Shown piece after piece: positions 1-62,339 of a stretch of 64,000 nt of DNA. Location: NCBI RefSeq assembly GCF_037042905.1, contig NC_087260.1, positions 15,686,001-15,750,000 on the forward strand, read 5' to 3'. The position numbers were made by a program, and so were the translations under genes. The notes beneath the pieces are model-generated. The model was not told the DNA's origin. It did no database searches and saw only the letters and a list, made by a program, of their open reading frames with translations. Within the stretch, counting starts at the first letter, position 1; every line of letters begins with the position of its first letter. This stretch comes from Lytechinus pictus. Its lineage: Eukaryota.

Positions 1-1092
1 ATTAAGAAGGATAGTAATATGGATCATCATTTTTTTTAACTATTGGAAGGAATAACTTTTGATTTGGATTCATTGGTTGACTATTGTGTTTACCTGTAAT
101 GGCACGCTGTTATGGAAACGTGAGTAGATATTGGTCAATTTAGAAATACCTTATAGATGTATTTTTTTTAGCATATGTTTGGCCTTTGTGTAATTTTTTT
201 TGTGGTCATGCACGGTAAGAAGTTGATGGACGAAGAAGCTTTTGTATATTGGTTGTTGTAGGTTTTGTTTGTTCATTTAACGTTAATGAACAGTTTACAT
301 GCCTTTAAACTTGCATATTTATATTAGCTATTGCCTTTTGTAGTATACTAGTCTAACTAGAGTTATGCAGATACGTGTATTGTATTTTTTTTTTACTTGA
401 TTGTGTAGGTTTGTTGTTTAACATGTTCATGGCCATACATGCAGTGTTGTTACATACTAGTATGTGCTTTTTATGCAGATTTCTAGTGAAATACTTGAAC
501 TATTTTAGATACTCGAATCATGTGATTTGTAGGGTTGTTCAGTCCAGAATGTAGTGCTTGTAATTCGGTGCAGCACAGTGTTTAGGTAATTCGCTTTCCA
601 TAGATGAAGATGGAAGAAAGAAGATCTATCACGCCAATGTTTGTGTTTGGTTTGTTTGAAGCTACCATATGATTATATAAATATTAGCCGGCATGTTCAG
701 CCTAGGCCTTGTTGAATATAAAGGTGTTCATTTTGCATCCCAATCTGATGTGGTAATTTCTCCCTTTTTATTGTCGGTAAGCTAAATCTATTTCCGCCAA
801 TTATTACCTAAAACTACTTTTTATGAGAGAAATTAATACTTGCTGATATTTCCATCATTACCTATATACATATTAAAGATAAATACTCATTGCAAGCTGT
901 ATCATCGTCCATTACACATTCTACATTTTGAAACATTGAGTACTATATGTGAATGGATTCATACACATTTATGCACATCATGAAGATAAATGCACCATAC
1001 AAATGTGGATACATAAGTAATATGCTTATATGTTTCTTATGTATCACCAAGGACATAATTGTATACATACACGTATGAAATCTGAAACTTAA

Positions 1093-1670
1093 AGGACAAG
1101 TCCACCCCCCCCCCCAAAAAAAAAAAGAAGTTAATTTGAATAAAAAGAGAAAACCTATAAAGCATAACACTGAAAATTTCATTAAAATCGGATGTATTTT
1201 CGCTTAATTTAACAAAACAGTTATATGCACATCCTGGTCGGTATGCAAATGAGGAGACTGATGAGGTCATCCACTCACTATTTCTTTTGTATTTTATCAT
1301 AAGGAATGTGAAATATTCTAATTTTCTACTCATTGTCAAGTGAAACCATGATTAATTCCTCCCTGAACATGAGGAATTAGCATTGTTTAATACTAGTTCA
1401 GTCAAGTTGGTCCCTATTGTCAAATTTGTAAGAATTGAAATATTGTATAATTCATACGATAAAAAACAAGAAATAGTGAGGGACATCATCAACTGTCTCC
1501 TTTGCATGTCACTAAGTTGTGCATATCACTGTTCTGTGAAAAATAAGCGAAACTTAAATATTTCATAACTTTCTTATTTTACATCCGATTTTGATGAAAT
1601 TTTCAGCGTTATGCTAGTTTGATTTTTCTCTGTTTAATCAAATCAACATTTTCTGTGGTGGACTTGACCT
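1093..1670. mobile_element. Kolobok-like MITE, family 1, copy 1
   Basis: TIR AGGACAAGTCCACC/GGTGGACTTGACCT with TTAA on both sides. Homologous copies at 13543-14127 and 18302-19263. Confidence 0.8.
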
Positions 1671-1819
1671 TTAATAAATCAAGAAACCATACAACACTCT
1701 GTTGTAGAGCTTAATATTACAATTGAAAGGTTCTGTTACGGTACCCATCTTAAGTCTCAGCTCTTTGTATTTGTAAACTTTATTCTTTAAAAAATTATAT
1801 ATATATATCTGATTTGCAG

Positions 1820-50372
<48,553 letters not shown>

Positions 50373-50395
50373 TACAGTCAGGCAGAACAGCAAGA

Positions 50396-50633
50396 CTAGA
50401 TCCAATGTTAGACCTGTACTTGGACCTGTTCTACGGGCATATGCTAGGTCCCATGATAGATATTTGATGGACCTGTTCAAGACGCATGTGCTGGATCCAA
50501 TGATAGGTCTAGTGTTCTACACTTTGACCTGCTTGAGAGGCATATGCGAGATCCTATTATCGACCTGTGCTTGTACATTTTCTAGAGGAATATGCGAGTT
50601 CCAATGATAGACCTGTACTTGGGCCAGTTCTAG
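50396..50633 (+). repeat. Degenerate about 48-bp tandem repeat (about 5 units) at the start of the ABCC 3' UTR
   Basis: Recurrent GATCCAATGATAGACCTGTACTTGGACCTGTTCTAGAGGCATATGC-like unit. Confidence 0.7.
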
Positions 50634-53371
50634 TTGGACCCATTACCAAGTCTTAACTTCTGGGATTTGAATCAGAACTTCTTAGCAGACATCGTCAGGA
50701 CCCTGTTTGAGCTGTAGATATATCCTTGATGTGACACATTTTTTTTGTATTGAAAGATCTTATGCAAATTAATGTCATACAGAAGGGATTTCCCCGCCTT
50801 GGTCCTTTTTTAATGAAGATGAATGTTTTCAGTAGCTTTAGACCATTTCTTGTAACAAGTCTATATGAAACAAGAACGGTTCTGGGCCCCGTAACACAAA
50901 ACTTAGCGATGAATAGCAAATATGTAAGAACACTTCTGATTGGATCCTGGTCAGTATTTGAAGCAAAAAGCTTGTGTAACATTGATCTTGATTGGTCAGT
51001 TCATTTAGATTGATCGCTAATCTTTGTGTTACAGAGCCTGCGTGGGTGCTTCATAAAGCTGTTTGTAAGGTTGTGCACAACATGATGCAGTATGAAGTCA
51101 GCTACATAGGGATATATCAATTAGCACATGAAACCCATGGTCAAGTGTAAAATCATTTATAACTTACAGCTTTATGAAACACCCACGGGACTTGTTCTGT
51201 ATGAAACACCCACCGGGATAGTGTGTATTCCTGTAGAGGTTTATCTTTCAAGATATGCTACATCTGTGTGTCATGGTGACAGAGACACAATCTGCAGAAC
51301 AATCCTTGACTTTGAATGTAGATGCTTACAGAATCCATTATAGGTCTACTTTCTTCTTCATCAGCATCCATGAAAGCAAAGACACATATTTTTCTGGGTA
51401 GTGGTAGTGTAATAAACACTTATGATTATTTATGCACAAATTCTACTGTATTCACATCAGGCATGATATTCTCCCTACTAAAATCGGAATTACGTTTTTA
51501 GATTCCCCCCTTAAATCCTTTGCCCAATAATATTGTCATGATGTTTTTTACGTCAAATGATAAAGCTATCATGCAGACTCGCCTTGAAAAATCACTTTTG
51601 ATTTCTTTACAATGCAAGAGCTTGTAACCCCGACCGGGGCGTCTCAGACTTCGGCGTGGACTTAGCCACCCTTGGCTACTTTTCAAATGGGAATATCATG
51701 CCTGATTCGCATTTTGGTGGCACCAAAGTCTGCTTATAAATTTTTGTTAACATTTGACGTTTTCCAGAGGCTGAATGGTTTATTAATATTGTTTCTAACA
51801 ATCTAATTCATAAATTTGACACAGTTAAACATAAATATGTCCATGTTGGATTAAGTTCTTGTTGGAAAATAAGATGGAGGCTTTTAGGAAATTTGGTTAA
51901 TCAAACAAAATTAGAGTGACATTTTCATGATTAAGGTTTATTTTCCAATGCCAATTCATCCACTATCATCTAGTCTACCATTGATATTAATTTGTCCTAT
52001 ATACCCATTTGGTAGTGTTAATTGGGAAAAATGAATAAAATATTAGACCATCTGATTATGAGACGAACTGGTGAATTGACAAAGTGATGATTAGACGAAA
52101 TGGCATTAGACTGAATAAAGGTAGAGCATGAGCATGTGGTGAGTGGAAGAATTGGCAATTTACCATGATTAATCATAAAATCAGCCCTGCAATAATTCTC
52201 TACACTCTGTGTCACAGGGCCCAGGTTTTGGTTTGTATAAGAGGTGCAAGAAATATAAGGCTGATATTAAGTATGCTTATTTAAATTCAATTGTTATGCT
52301 CGTTGTACGGGGGGGGGGGGGGAGCACATGCAGTGAGCTGTAATACCCAACATTGTTTTGCAATTGCAAAATAAAATGCCTGTAGAGTTGATTATTAAAT
52401 CAACCCACCCCCCCTCAAAAAAAAAATCAATTACCCTGATAGTGTAGAACTTTAAAACCATTTCACCTTTCCACAATTTATTTGTAAATATATCATGCCT
52501 GTGCAATTGTCAACAACTTTTTTCACGATATTTCGTATTGCTGCATTAAAATAATATCCATCTCAAAATAAAAGTTTTGGCGATGGAAAGTCAGGGAGAA
52601 AGTCTGAGGTAGAATTAAGACTTACGGCTCCCAGCCGTGGCCATTTTGTAAAATTAAAATGTTCTACCTTTGGACTTTGTATGTGTGATTTTTCCTAGGC
52701 TTTACGTATAATTTTTTTTTTGTCTTAAGTAATAACGTCATCAACATTTCGTGTATGGCTGCCGTAGGGGAAATGTGACCGAGGTATTAATAATGTAATT
52801 TCTAAAGAGATAGAAGATATACAGACATGCACAGGTAAGGTGCCTTCAGAGAATGCCACTTTCATTGCCAATGTAGGTGCCATCTTGTATTGAGTTTGTC
52901 ATTGATTTTTGCCAATCTAAAGACTGGAAGAAGGCTGAATTCTTCCATTTTTTTCATTCAGAACATAAAAATACAGGTAATTTTCTGAATTATTGTAGTT
53001 TTGTAAAACTTGTATTGGTTACAAGCTAAAGCTGTTAGAATTTTGTATTTTTTTCTTAAATATTTTTCAAAATACACAGTATAATGTAACTGTAATTAGC
53101 TCCCAAAGGCTTTCCAATCAACTTTTATGTTCATCCATCAGTAATAGCAATAATAAGCAATAATAATTATACATTTGGTAATGCATCATTCGCTCCTTCG
53201 CTAATTTCTCTGAAGGTAGTAGGCACTCAAGTTGCCCAAATGGCACACAGATCAAATTCAAACTTGGATCTTTTGTCATTTAGGAGTGATAGTAAATTTG
53301 TGCAGATATTTAATGCTATTGTTATTCTAATTAACATAAAATGGAGTAGAAAATGTAACCCTACTTACCTA

Positions 53372-53592
53372 CTAGCATTACCAGATTTATACTGTCTAGC
53401 AAAAATGCCAGCATCAATAGATGATAACAATACAGTGAAAAGATTAGGAGTTAGGCATGTTGTATAGCATTGATTTGTACATGGCTGTATGATGATGTCA
53501 TGTTGGATACATGTGTCACTGTATCCTAGCCTTGCTCGCTCGACTGCTGACAACCTATGCTTAGGTGAACCTCCCTTATATACCTGTCTAGA
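53372..53592 (-). mobile_element. Short non-autonomous Helitron-like element, second copy
   Basis: Colinear with 45531-45766, with the same TC...CTAG|T ends. Confidence 0.55.
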
Positions 53593-55382
53593 ATATACCA
53601 TAAATGATTTTGATATCAAACAGTTTGTAGACTCTTGCACCCCTAATGGAAACCATGCATAAAACATCAGCTTGACCAAAGAACCATCTGGCCCTTGAAA
53701 TTTTAATCTGCATATAAGGGTTAGCTCAGTATGTGTTTGACGTTTTTACAGCATTTATAGTGAACACCTGCACATTTGAAATGTTATCGAAGGCTCTCTA
53801 TAATCCAGTTTTATATGTTCATGTGAATAGCAAAGTCTGTTCTTAATTATACATTTTGTTCTATTCATTGAGTAAATTGTTTTGTGAAAAGTTATATGCA
53901 CATCGTCATGAATATTCGTCAGGTTGGCTCATGTCGTTTCTCCTATGAGATTTCATATAATAACATATAGTTATAAATAAATAGAGTAAAATTCACAAAC
54001 CCCCCAAAGTTATTGAATTTTAAAGATTTGCACTATTCCGGTAAAACAGTTCTAGGCCTGTCTTCATGAATATTCATTAGGTGGTCTGATGGCGTCACAT
54101 CCCCACTTTAAGTTGCAGCAATAAATAACTAATGCACTTTATCAGTTGTGAATCCAATTGATTTAGTTCTAGGTAGAAAATTATTGAATAAATCTAATTT
54201 CATATAATAAAATACAAAACAAGTGGGGATATGACATCAGCCCACCTTATGAATATTCATGAAGATAAACCTAGAAATGTTTCACCGGAATAATGCAAAT
54301 TTTTAAAATTCAAGTTATTTATTATCCGATTTTGATAGATATAAATATCTTCAGCCTGGTGCATCCCTATAAATCAGTTGCTAATCCAATTTTTCAATCA
54401 TTGGAGGATGAAATATGAGTGATCATAGTATGTGTGGTTATGACATTAATTTCCTCATTGTTTATTCATGAAGACATGCATAGAACTTTTACAAAGAATT
54501 TATTTTTTACAGCCTGAAGTATGTCTTTAAAATTGTTTTCGGTGTTTTTTTGAGGGAGTTTTGTTTAATTTTGCAAAGAAATTGTTTTATTTGTATAATT
54601 TTGGTGCATTATGGTACATGTATGTACAGACATGGGTATTCTGACGTATTTCATATCCAATAAAGTTTGAACAAATTTCAAAGTAGTCAACATATTATTT
54701 TTGTTTTAGTAGTAAACATCAACTTCCTTCCCACACAACACATAGAGAAAATGCCGTTATTAATAGCTATTTTCATTGATTTGTGTAGCAGTATATACAT
54801 TCATGCATTCATGGTCCAAGAATTAATTCAAACCTTTACATTGATTCTCTTATGAAATTATTACATACAGCTGCCACAATGGAGCATTTCCCCCTCGACT
54901 CCTAATCCTCATTTGGGTGAAATTCAGGATGTAAAATGTTATACTCGAATTACTCGAGTATAGCATGACCCATTTGTTTCCTCATCATACCAAAACATGC
55001 AAAAAGTTGGTCTCAAGAGATGCACTTTTAAAACATTGCAATTAAAGCTTTTAGCGTTACATATACTTACAGACTTGTCCTTACTGAAAGAACACAGGTA
55101 ATCCTAAGATGGCATCAGTAACAACTTTGTTCTAATTGACTAGTCATAAGCTTGTCTTTGTGAGATGGAATCACAAAAGAATCTAAAAACCGTTCCAAAC
55201 ATAGCATGTCAGCTGATCATGTACACAGCTTTGCAGTATTGCAAATAACACAGGATCACAATAACAAGGCCACATACAAAACTCTGACCTTCCAAAGGTT
55301 CAAATGTTGACCCCAAGGTCAAGTAACGCTTCAACAATTAAGTCCTCATGGCTCAGTTCCTCTATATCCCATCAAAACATCC

Positions 55383-58300
55383 TCATGAACTATTATTATC
55401 CAATTTCAGGTCGTAAAATTTCGAGAAGGCTGTGTAGCGCCACCGCTTCTCTAGCGAGGCACCGACCCCGAAGAGATCATGCCGGAATATGGTTGGGTAG
55501 GAGTTCAGTAGCCCTTCAATCTCCGTGATGGTCACCGATGGGTTGATACGCTGCATGTATGACCATAGGTATTCCGTTGATGCACCGAACGGATGAACGT
55601 GAAGAAAGATGCTCAGTAGACCTAGGTGGTGTGAAATAAAGAAACAATTTACAACCGATCTATCACTTTTTGTTCACATGGGTTTAAATTAAATTCTTAA
55701 ATTCATTTATTTCACATCTCTAAAGAAACATACAAGATACAATACATCGAGATCAATCAAAATGATTCCATAGTAATGGAGTAATGAATATTGTAAAATG
55801 ACAAATTAACAAAAATAACAAAATACATAGGGTAATGAATGCGATGTGGGGGAATAGCAAAAGCCAAACAAACCTATTTAGGCTACTCCCTGATTAACAT
55901 TCATTACCGAAGAAAACATCTTGCAATCAATTTATTAGATTGCAAGGAACACACATTTCATTAACTTTATTTCTGCATTCAAATTATACAATACATGAAT
56001 GTATTTACATATACAAAAATAATCCATAATATCAATTATGAAAAGGAAGAAAAAAACCAACAATGTGAATTATAAGCTTTACATTGCCAGACTATATAGA
56101 TGTTTAATTTGGGCATTTCACAATTTATGGGCCCCCTTGCCTGTTATTATGAGAAGCTTGTGGGTTGATAATTTTTTCCTAAGATGTACAAATCATGTCC
56201 TAATCAAACAAAAATCTTCATAGATCCTTTAAAGATCAGAAAAAAGGGGAGCATTTCATAAAACATTTGGTCAATGATTTTCACTGACTAATTTGCTCTC
56301 AGCCAATCAGATGTAAGGATTTCAGTAGCTTATAACAGTAATCACTATCTGTATTATGAAACACTCCTCAGATTTTAAATAATAATCACCTATCATGTCA
56401 GCCTTCTTGGGGTCAAGGGTCGAATCTGTGTCCGCTTTCGTAGGCACCGAGTCAATCCTGCTCGATAACTGTGCTTCTACGGACTGCAGACAACAATCAT
56501 AAATAAACAGATTAGCAAACAGAGGAAACTCGGTATACAGAGATCTTACCCTTAAAAAATGCAGTCAAACCTCCTTTAATGACCACCTGTACAGAGGGAC
56601 AACCTGTCTATGGAGACCACAAATTTGGTTTCCCTAAAAGTGAATTCCCATTGATAAGAACCTGTTCATGAAAACCACCTGCTCATATCTAGACCATTAT
56701 TCTTTTCTTCCTTGGACAGTACTTATAGACAGCTTCCACAGTATTGTACAGATAATGCACATTTCCAAAATTATTATTAAGTCAGAATTATGTAGACCTT
56801 TGAGGCAAAGCTGTATGCATTTTTGTACCTATTCAAAATTGCTCATGCCCAAAAATAGTACTGTACATTATTTGTTGTATATGATGAAATGGATCTTTTA
56901 TTTGGTATTATAAAAGTCATTGATTCCCTGCAATGTTGAACATGGTATAGAGCAAAGAAAGAATTTAAGACTCCAAAGACAAAGTTTACACAAATTATTA
57001 GGTGCACAATATTCACATTTCTTAATATTCTAAAGGCAATTCCTTCCACAAGACGGCTCTCGTAAAATATACTGAAATATAAAACAAATAATGTAATAGG
57101 TCGTAGAGAACAGTGCAGATTGGTATGTGCTGAGTACTCACTTGAAGTCTCTCCTCTGTTTCTTTCCGCATTGATTCTTCCTTCTTCCATTTGTTCTTAG
57201 TATCTTGAAGTTGCTGAAGAAACAAAAAAATGATGAAAACTGTCTCAATGAAATGACTAACTAGAATGAACTCTGATTTGGGGCTATACAATTAATTAAT
57301 ATAGAGCTTCTGATTTACAGTCTTTTCTTGTGAATCGTTATAGATATGGCTGTGGACATGGGTATCATCAGTGTGAACTCCTTAAAAAGTTTCTTTAAAA
57401 AATACAACAAATTTGATTTTAGCTGAACAATCATACAGACAAAAAGAACAGCAATATGTGCACAATGACAAAATACACCTCGGGCTCAATGCAACTTGAT
57501 TTAGACATGAAAAGAAGCAGAAAAAATAACCGCAATCCAGAAAAATATTACCAGAAAAATAAATAATATTTTTCAAATTTACCTGTTGCATACTAAGTAG
57601 AGAATGTTGGAGTGCTTTGATCTGAGTTTCCATCTCCTCGTTAGCGATCGGCACGGTGGTGGGCGTGGTCCCGGGCGGGGCCAGAATGGTAGATTCATCC
57701 TTGGATTTCTGAGACTCCAACTGGTTGCGCAGGACGTTGTTCTGGTGCATCAGCGCCTGGACCTGGAGCTGGAGCTGGTCATCGGGCTGAGCTGGAGGTA
57801 CCGACAGATTTTTTACAGAGGATGACTCTGTACAAAAGAACAGAATGGTATGTTTATCGAGTGTTATTGCTTGCACGTTTAATCCTGCAAAAAATCAATT
57901 AAACATTAATGTTGGATATCATTCTTCGATGAATTTTCACCACAGATTCATTCATATTTCTTTAATTCCCCCCCCCCCCCTTTGACTCAAGACATTGTGA
58001 GCATACAACTTTTTTCTTTTTTAATTCAAGCTAAAGATGAGATGACATGCTTTCATGGATAGAGTTACATTTACTCAACAAGAATGTCACTAAGGCGAGC
58101 ACGTAATACACCTGTCTGTAACGCGGAAAATGGAGTTATTGGTCAAGCAAGAAAAGTGGAAGGTGGCGACTTCACTTTTGACCTTCTGACCTCAAAATCA
58201 ATAGAATTCCTAGGATCTATGCTAGTATCATACACACCAAATTATATGAGCCTGGGTTACATTAAACTAAAGTTATCGCATTTACAAGGACTTCAGAAGG

Positions 58301-59866
58301 GTAAGATGACAACATGTCAGTGTGACCTTGACCTTTGACCTCAAAATCGATAGGCTTCTTGGGATACATGCTAGTTACATACACACCAAATTATATGAGC
58401 CTAGGTTAAGTCAAACTAAAGTTATCGTGTTTACAAGGAAAAGTTAACGGACGGACACCGAGCGTGATACCATAATACGTCCTGTCTCGGACGGGCGTAT
58501 AAAAACCCTGAATCCACCCCAAAAATGAATGCATTGCATATCAAAGTGCCCTTTCTCTAATCATAATTCACAGTTTAACATAAGTTTAGAGAAACAATTT
58601 ATTTTTTTTCAATCTGAATAGAAAATAAAGTCTGCAGTAACAAAAATATCATTTTTAAATATTGGCTCTGATTTTTGGTGATTGGTGGTGATTTTTTTAC
58701 CTGATTGCTAAGAAAGCATGAATGCTTGTAAGCAAGCAACCAGAGAACCGACGGCTTAAGGTCCTCTCCGAAGGACCTGGTACTGAGGATTAATGCCTTA
58801 CCAAAGGGCACTAGCGCACCAAGTGGGAATCGAACCCGGGTCACCGGTATACGAGTCCCCCGCTCTACCGACTGAGCTATCGCGCCTCCTTGATTTTTAT
58901 CTCTTTTTAAAACTTCCAAAGGATGTTACAGTATGAAACTTTCATATTATCATTTTTAAACTACAACTTGCATGTTTATACCATTTTCAGAAAGCAGAAT
59001 GAGATTTTTTTCAAACCTTTTTTTTTTGTTTGTAAAATAACCATTTTGGGGGCTCAGGAAGGCATTTCATAAAGCTGTTCATAAGTTACAAGCGACTTTA
59101 TGAACCACCAGTGATCCTCTCTTATGCCACTTTCATACTGACAGCCGAAGTGAAGTTACTCCGGATTCCAGAAGGAGTTACTCCACATTGGAGGGCAGTA
59201 TGAAAATTTTAGGATTATTTCAATCTGGATTCAAAGCGGAGTACTCAACCCACTTCGAGAAGAGGGTTACAAATGGAGTTAGTCCGCATCGGAAATGCGG
59301 TATCGCCTATCTCATTCATTTTCGCATGGGGGAGATTCCGCGTGCCAAAAATAGGGTGCAAATTCGCTTGGAAACCACGGAAACGACTGCGGAGCTTGCC
59401 AGTTTAAAAGGGGGTGTAATGTCTGTCCGCAGTACTCCGGAGTAACTCCACTTTGCCTTCAATGTGAAAACGGCATTAGGTGCTAAATCAACATCAATGA
59501 AAATTTGGTGCGCATAATTTACCACAAGATCACCAGTCATTTATAAAGATGCTCGTAACTTATGAACAGCTTTAAGAAATACTCATCTAGTCTTATTCAT
59601 GTCTTTAATCATAAAAAATTCACAGTTTCAACATGACACCCGTTTCTAGAGCCAAATACAAGGTTTCCTAAATTGAACACTTTCTTCTCTCTTCAAACTA
59701 AACATGTTAACCAATCACTCTTTCAAGTACCTGAGATAGGAGTGTCTGTCCGTTGGCGTTTTGCCTCGCTGTGAGTCCCACTTTGGTCTTCTTCATCTGA
59801 CATATCCATCTCTGCCTCCCCCTTCTCACCCAATCCTAGCTCCTCTTGCTGCTGCTGACGCAACTC
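55383..59866 (-). CDS. ENOX1: Ecto-NOX disulfide-thiol exchanger (ENOX1/ENOX2 ortholog), last five coding exons; 5' part beyond the right edge
   Basis: Exons 59866-59731, 57827-57583, 57213-57142, 56483-56390, 55621-55383 (TGA), phases compatible. They encode EAEMDMSDEE, coiled-coil segments and the C-terminal FLHVHPFGASTEYLWSYMQ..GVGASLEKRW, which is diagnostic of ENOX1/2. ENOX1 versus ENOX2 cannot be distinguished. Confidence 0.88.
58077..58505. mobile_element. Helentron-associated (DINE-1/HINE-like) non-autonomous element
   Basis: AACAAG start, internal about 150-bp duplication rich in TGACCTT, short ACGG repeat, terminal hairpin ATACGTCCTGTC-TCG-GACGGGCGTAT followed by AAAAAA. Confidence 0.6.
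58670..58889 (-). mobile_element. tRNA-derived SINE
   Basis: GGAGGCGCGATAGCTCAGTCGGTAGAGC..GGTTCGATTCCC head followed by a non-tRNA body. Degraded sister copy at 49296-49470 (+). Confidence 0.78.
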
Positions 59867-62339
59867 CTGCAACGGCAAAGAGAAAGAAATATTAGGACAA
59901 GCTTAAATTATTTTATGGGTTTGTGACCCACACTTTGCTAATAAAAAACATTTTTCTTATTTTCTTCTGTTGTAATCTTCAAAAGGCTCTGCAGCCTATC
60001 TCGAGGATGAATTGGGAGGTTTTTCAATAAAGGCCATTATTCATGAAAGAATTCTAGACAATAGAGGAGATTGAAAGCCCCATTAAAGATTGGACTAAGA
60101 TTGGACTAACCAATGTTTTTAATAGAAAAGTAAAATCTCGACGGCTTCAAACTTCTAACTTTTAGTGCATTAGAATACATGTGCATTGTAAACAAGGGGG
60201 AAGTACATGTACCCACGTGTGCACCTACTCTCAAATTAATAGGATCAGATTCAGTTAGCATACAACATGCTTTCAAATCCTGGGTGAGAGTTGAAAACCA
60301 GCAGGGAGCTAGAGAGTTTCTTGTGAATTAGGGCCAAAGTGACACCAAATACGCCAATTTTATCTGTGTATCATCTGCTCAAACAACTATTAGGGCTATG
60401 TATTGATTCAGAGTTATGGTAATGCACTATGCAAGTCAGTTAAATGCAACAAGTTGTGATTATTTTATCCTTACTACAAACTACTTACCATTATCATTAT
60501 GAAAATAAATTCATGTCAAAGAATACAGAATGTTAAAACTTTACACAACACTTCACTTTGAAATATAGGGTATTAACAACCATATAAACAATGAGAAAAG
60601 CATATCAGCAAAACTAATAAATATTATTTTTTTCTCACGAATAACCATCTCATTCCTAATCACTGATCCCATATGCCAGATAAATATTCTACCATTTTTT
60701 TAATTTCATATTGTCACTGAGGTTTAAAAACTTCACATCTCAATATTTAAACATTTTTGGGGCAGCTCAAGATCAGCTGAATTTTATCAATATGGCAATG
60801 ATGGCAGCCTCATATTGTCTGAAAAAGTATTACCTAATTCCTGTAGAGAATTCTATCGAGGAAAAAGAGGGTTGCTAGTTCAAGTTATGTCATAACTCTA
60901 AAATGAAGCTTTTTCTGAACTGTCCTTGAAATTTTGACAGCCCAAAGACGATATGTATATTCCATTTGAATGAACTAGAAGGCAACATCAAACAGAGTTA
61001 ATTTCAGTTTATCTCCTCGTCCTACACACATTCTTGTCATTTACATTACATGCAGAATATACGCAGGGGAGCGTTTCATCAACATTTTCGTCCAACAAGT
61101 TGTCAGATCTGACAACTTTCCCTGGTTTTGATTGGCTGAAAGCATTGTTACTAACATTGCTTCTCAGCCAATCAAAATCAAGGAAAATTGTCAGATCTGA
61201 CATGTCAGATGAAAATGTTAATAAAACGTTACCCAGGTTAATGTTTCTAAGATGAATCTCTCTGACAAAATTTGGCTTGAATGTGGTAAAAACATTCTTT
61301 GCATATTTTAGTCTGAAAAATTTGCTTCCATTTGGGCAATTATTTGACTTAAACACAAGGTTGACTTCTGCACATTGACTGTGGTAAATTTAAAGGATAG
61401 ACATGTCCACATTTGCTTAAAAAATCACAAAAAACAACCCAGTCAATTATGATCAAACAAACAGGAAATGAAATATAAGTGGCATCTTCATAAAAATATA
61501 CAAATACAACAAATATTTTATCTTCAATACAAAATTCAATAATGCAAATTAATGTGGCATATCAAATATTGAAGTACTTTGATAGGAACAATATTTTAAA
61601 TCCATTATTACACAGTTCTAAGGTAACCCATACAAGGATATTGATTTCATCACTTGTCTCTCAATATAAAATCGATATTCTGGTTATTTAACAAAATACT
61701 GGTTTATTACAACTTACCACATACTTGTGTAATACAGATTTTAAAATTTTACTTCCTAAAGCCCCTTTCACGATTGGTGTAGTGACTGCTTACAACCATT
61801 GCGATTCTGTGCAACATATATTGTGACCAAATGATCGCAAACGATCGCACAAGCAATTGTGAAAGCCCCTTAAGTCAAAGCCATCAAATTAGGCCTGCCA
61901 CAAAAGGGAAAATCACTGTCTCATAAAATTTTGTCAACCCTAAAAACATACAAATTTTATATCAGTTCATTTCAGTTTACCATCTGCCATCAATATACAT
62001 ATACCATCAATATAACATGCTAAAACTGCTATCTGATGCAACCGTTTTGCTCTTACAAGGTTAATGAGCATTCAACCTTGCAAGTCTAGCCTGCTTTTCT
62101 GAAAAGTGGGCTTGAAAGGACTATTGTAAGACCACATTTCGTATTATATTACCTTACTTGATTGGAACAACAAACCTACAAATAGCTTGAATCCAGGTCA
62201 TATACTAGTACCTTCCAGTGGTTCTAGCAACTGTTTTAGTACCAACTTTTTTCTTCTTGTGTAAATGACCTCCTCAAGCTTTATCTGTCCAGCAGCTACC
62301 GTAATAACATACCATCATTTTTTTTCACTGCAAACTTAT

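Noticed and set aside
1-800. GT-rich stretch at the window start as a possible element or further ABCC exon
   Set aside because: I could not find a frame with ABCC similarity or definable termini, so it is left unannotated.
62211-62320. Candidate additional ENOX exon (open stretch ending GAAG|GTACT on the - strand)
   Set aside because: No convincing acceptor, its phase-1 end is incompatible with the phase-0 start at 59866, and the translation lacks the expected KAWDHF..RKNI motif.
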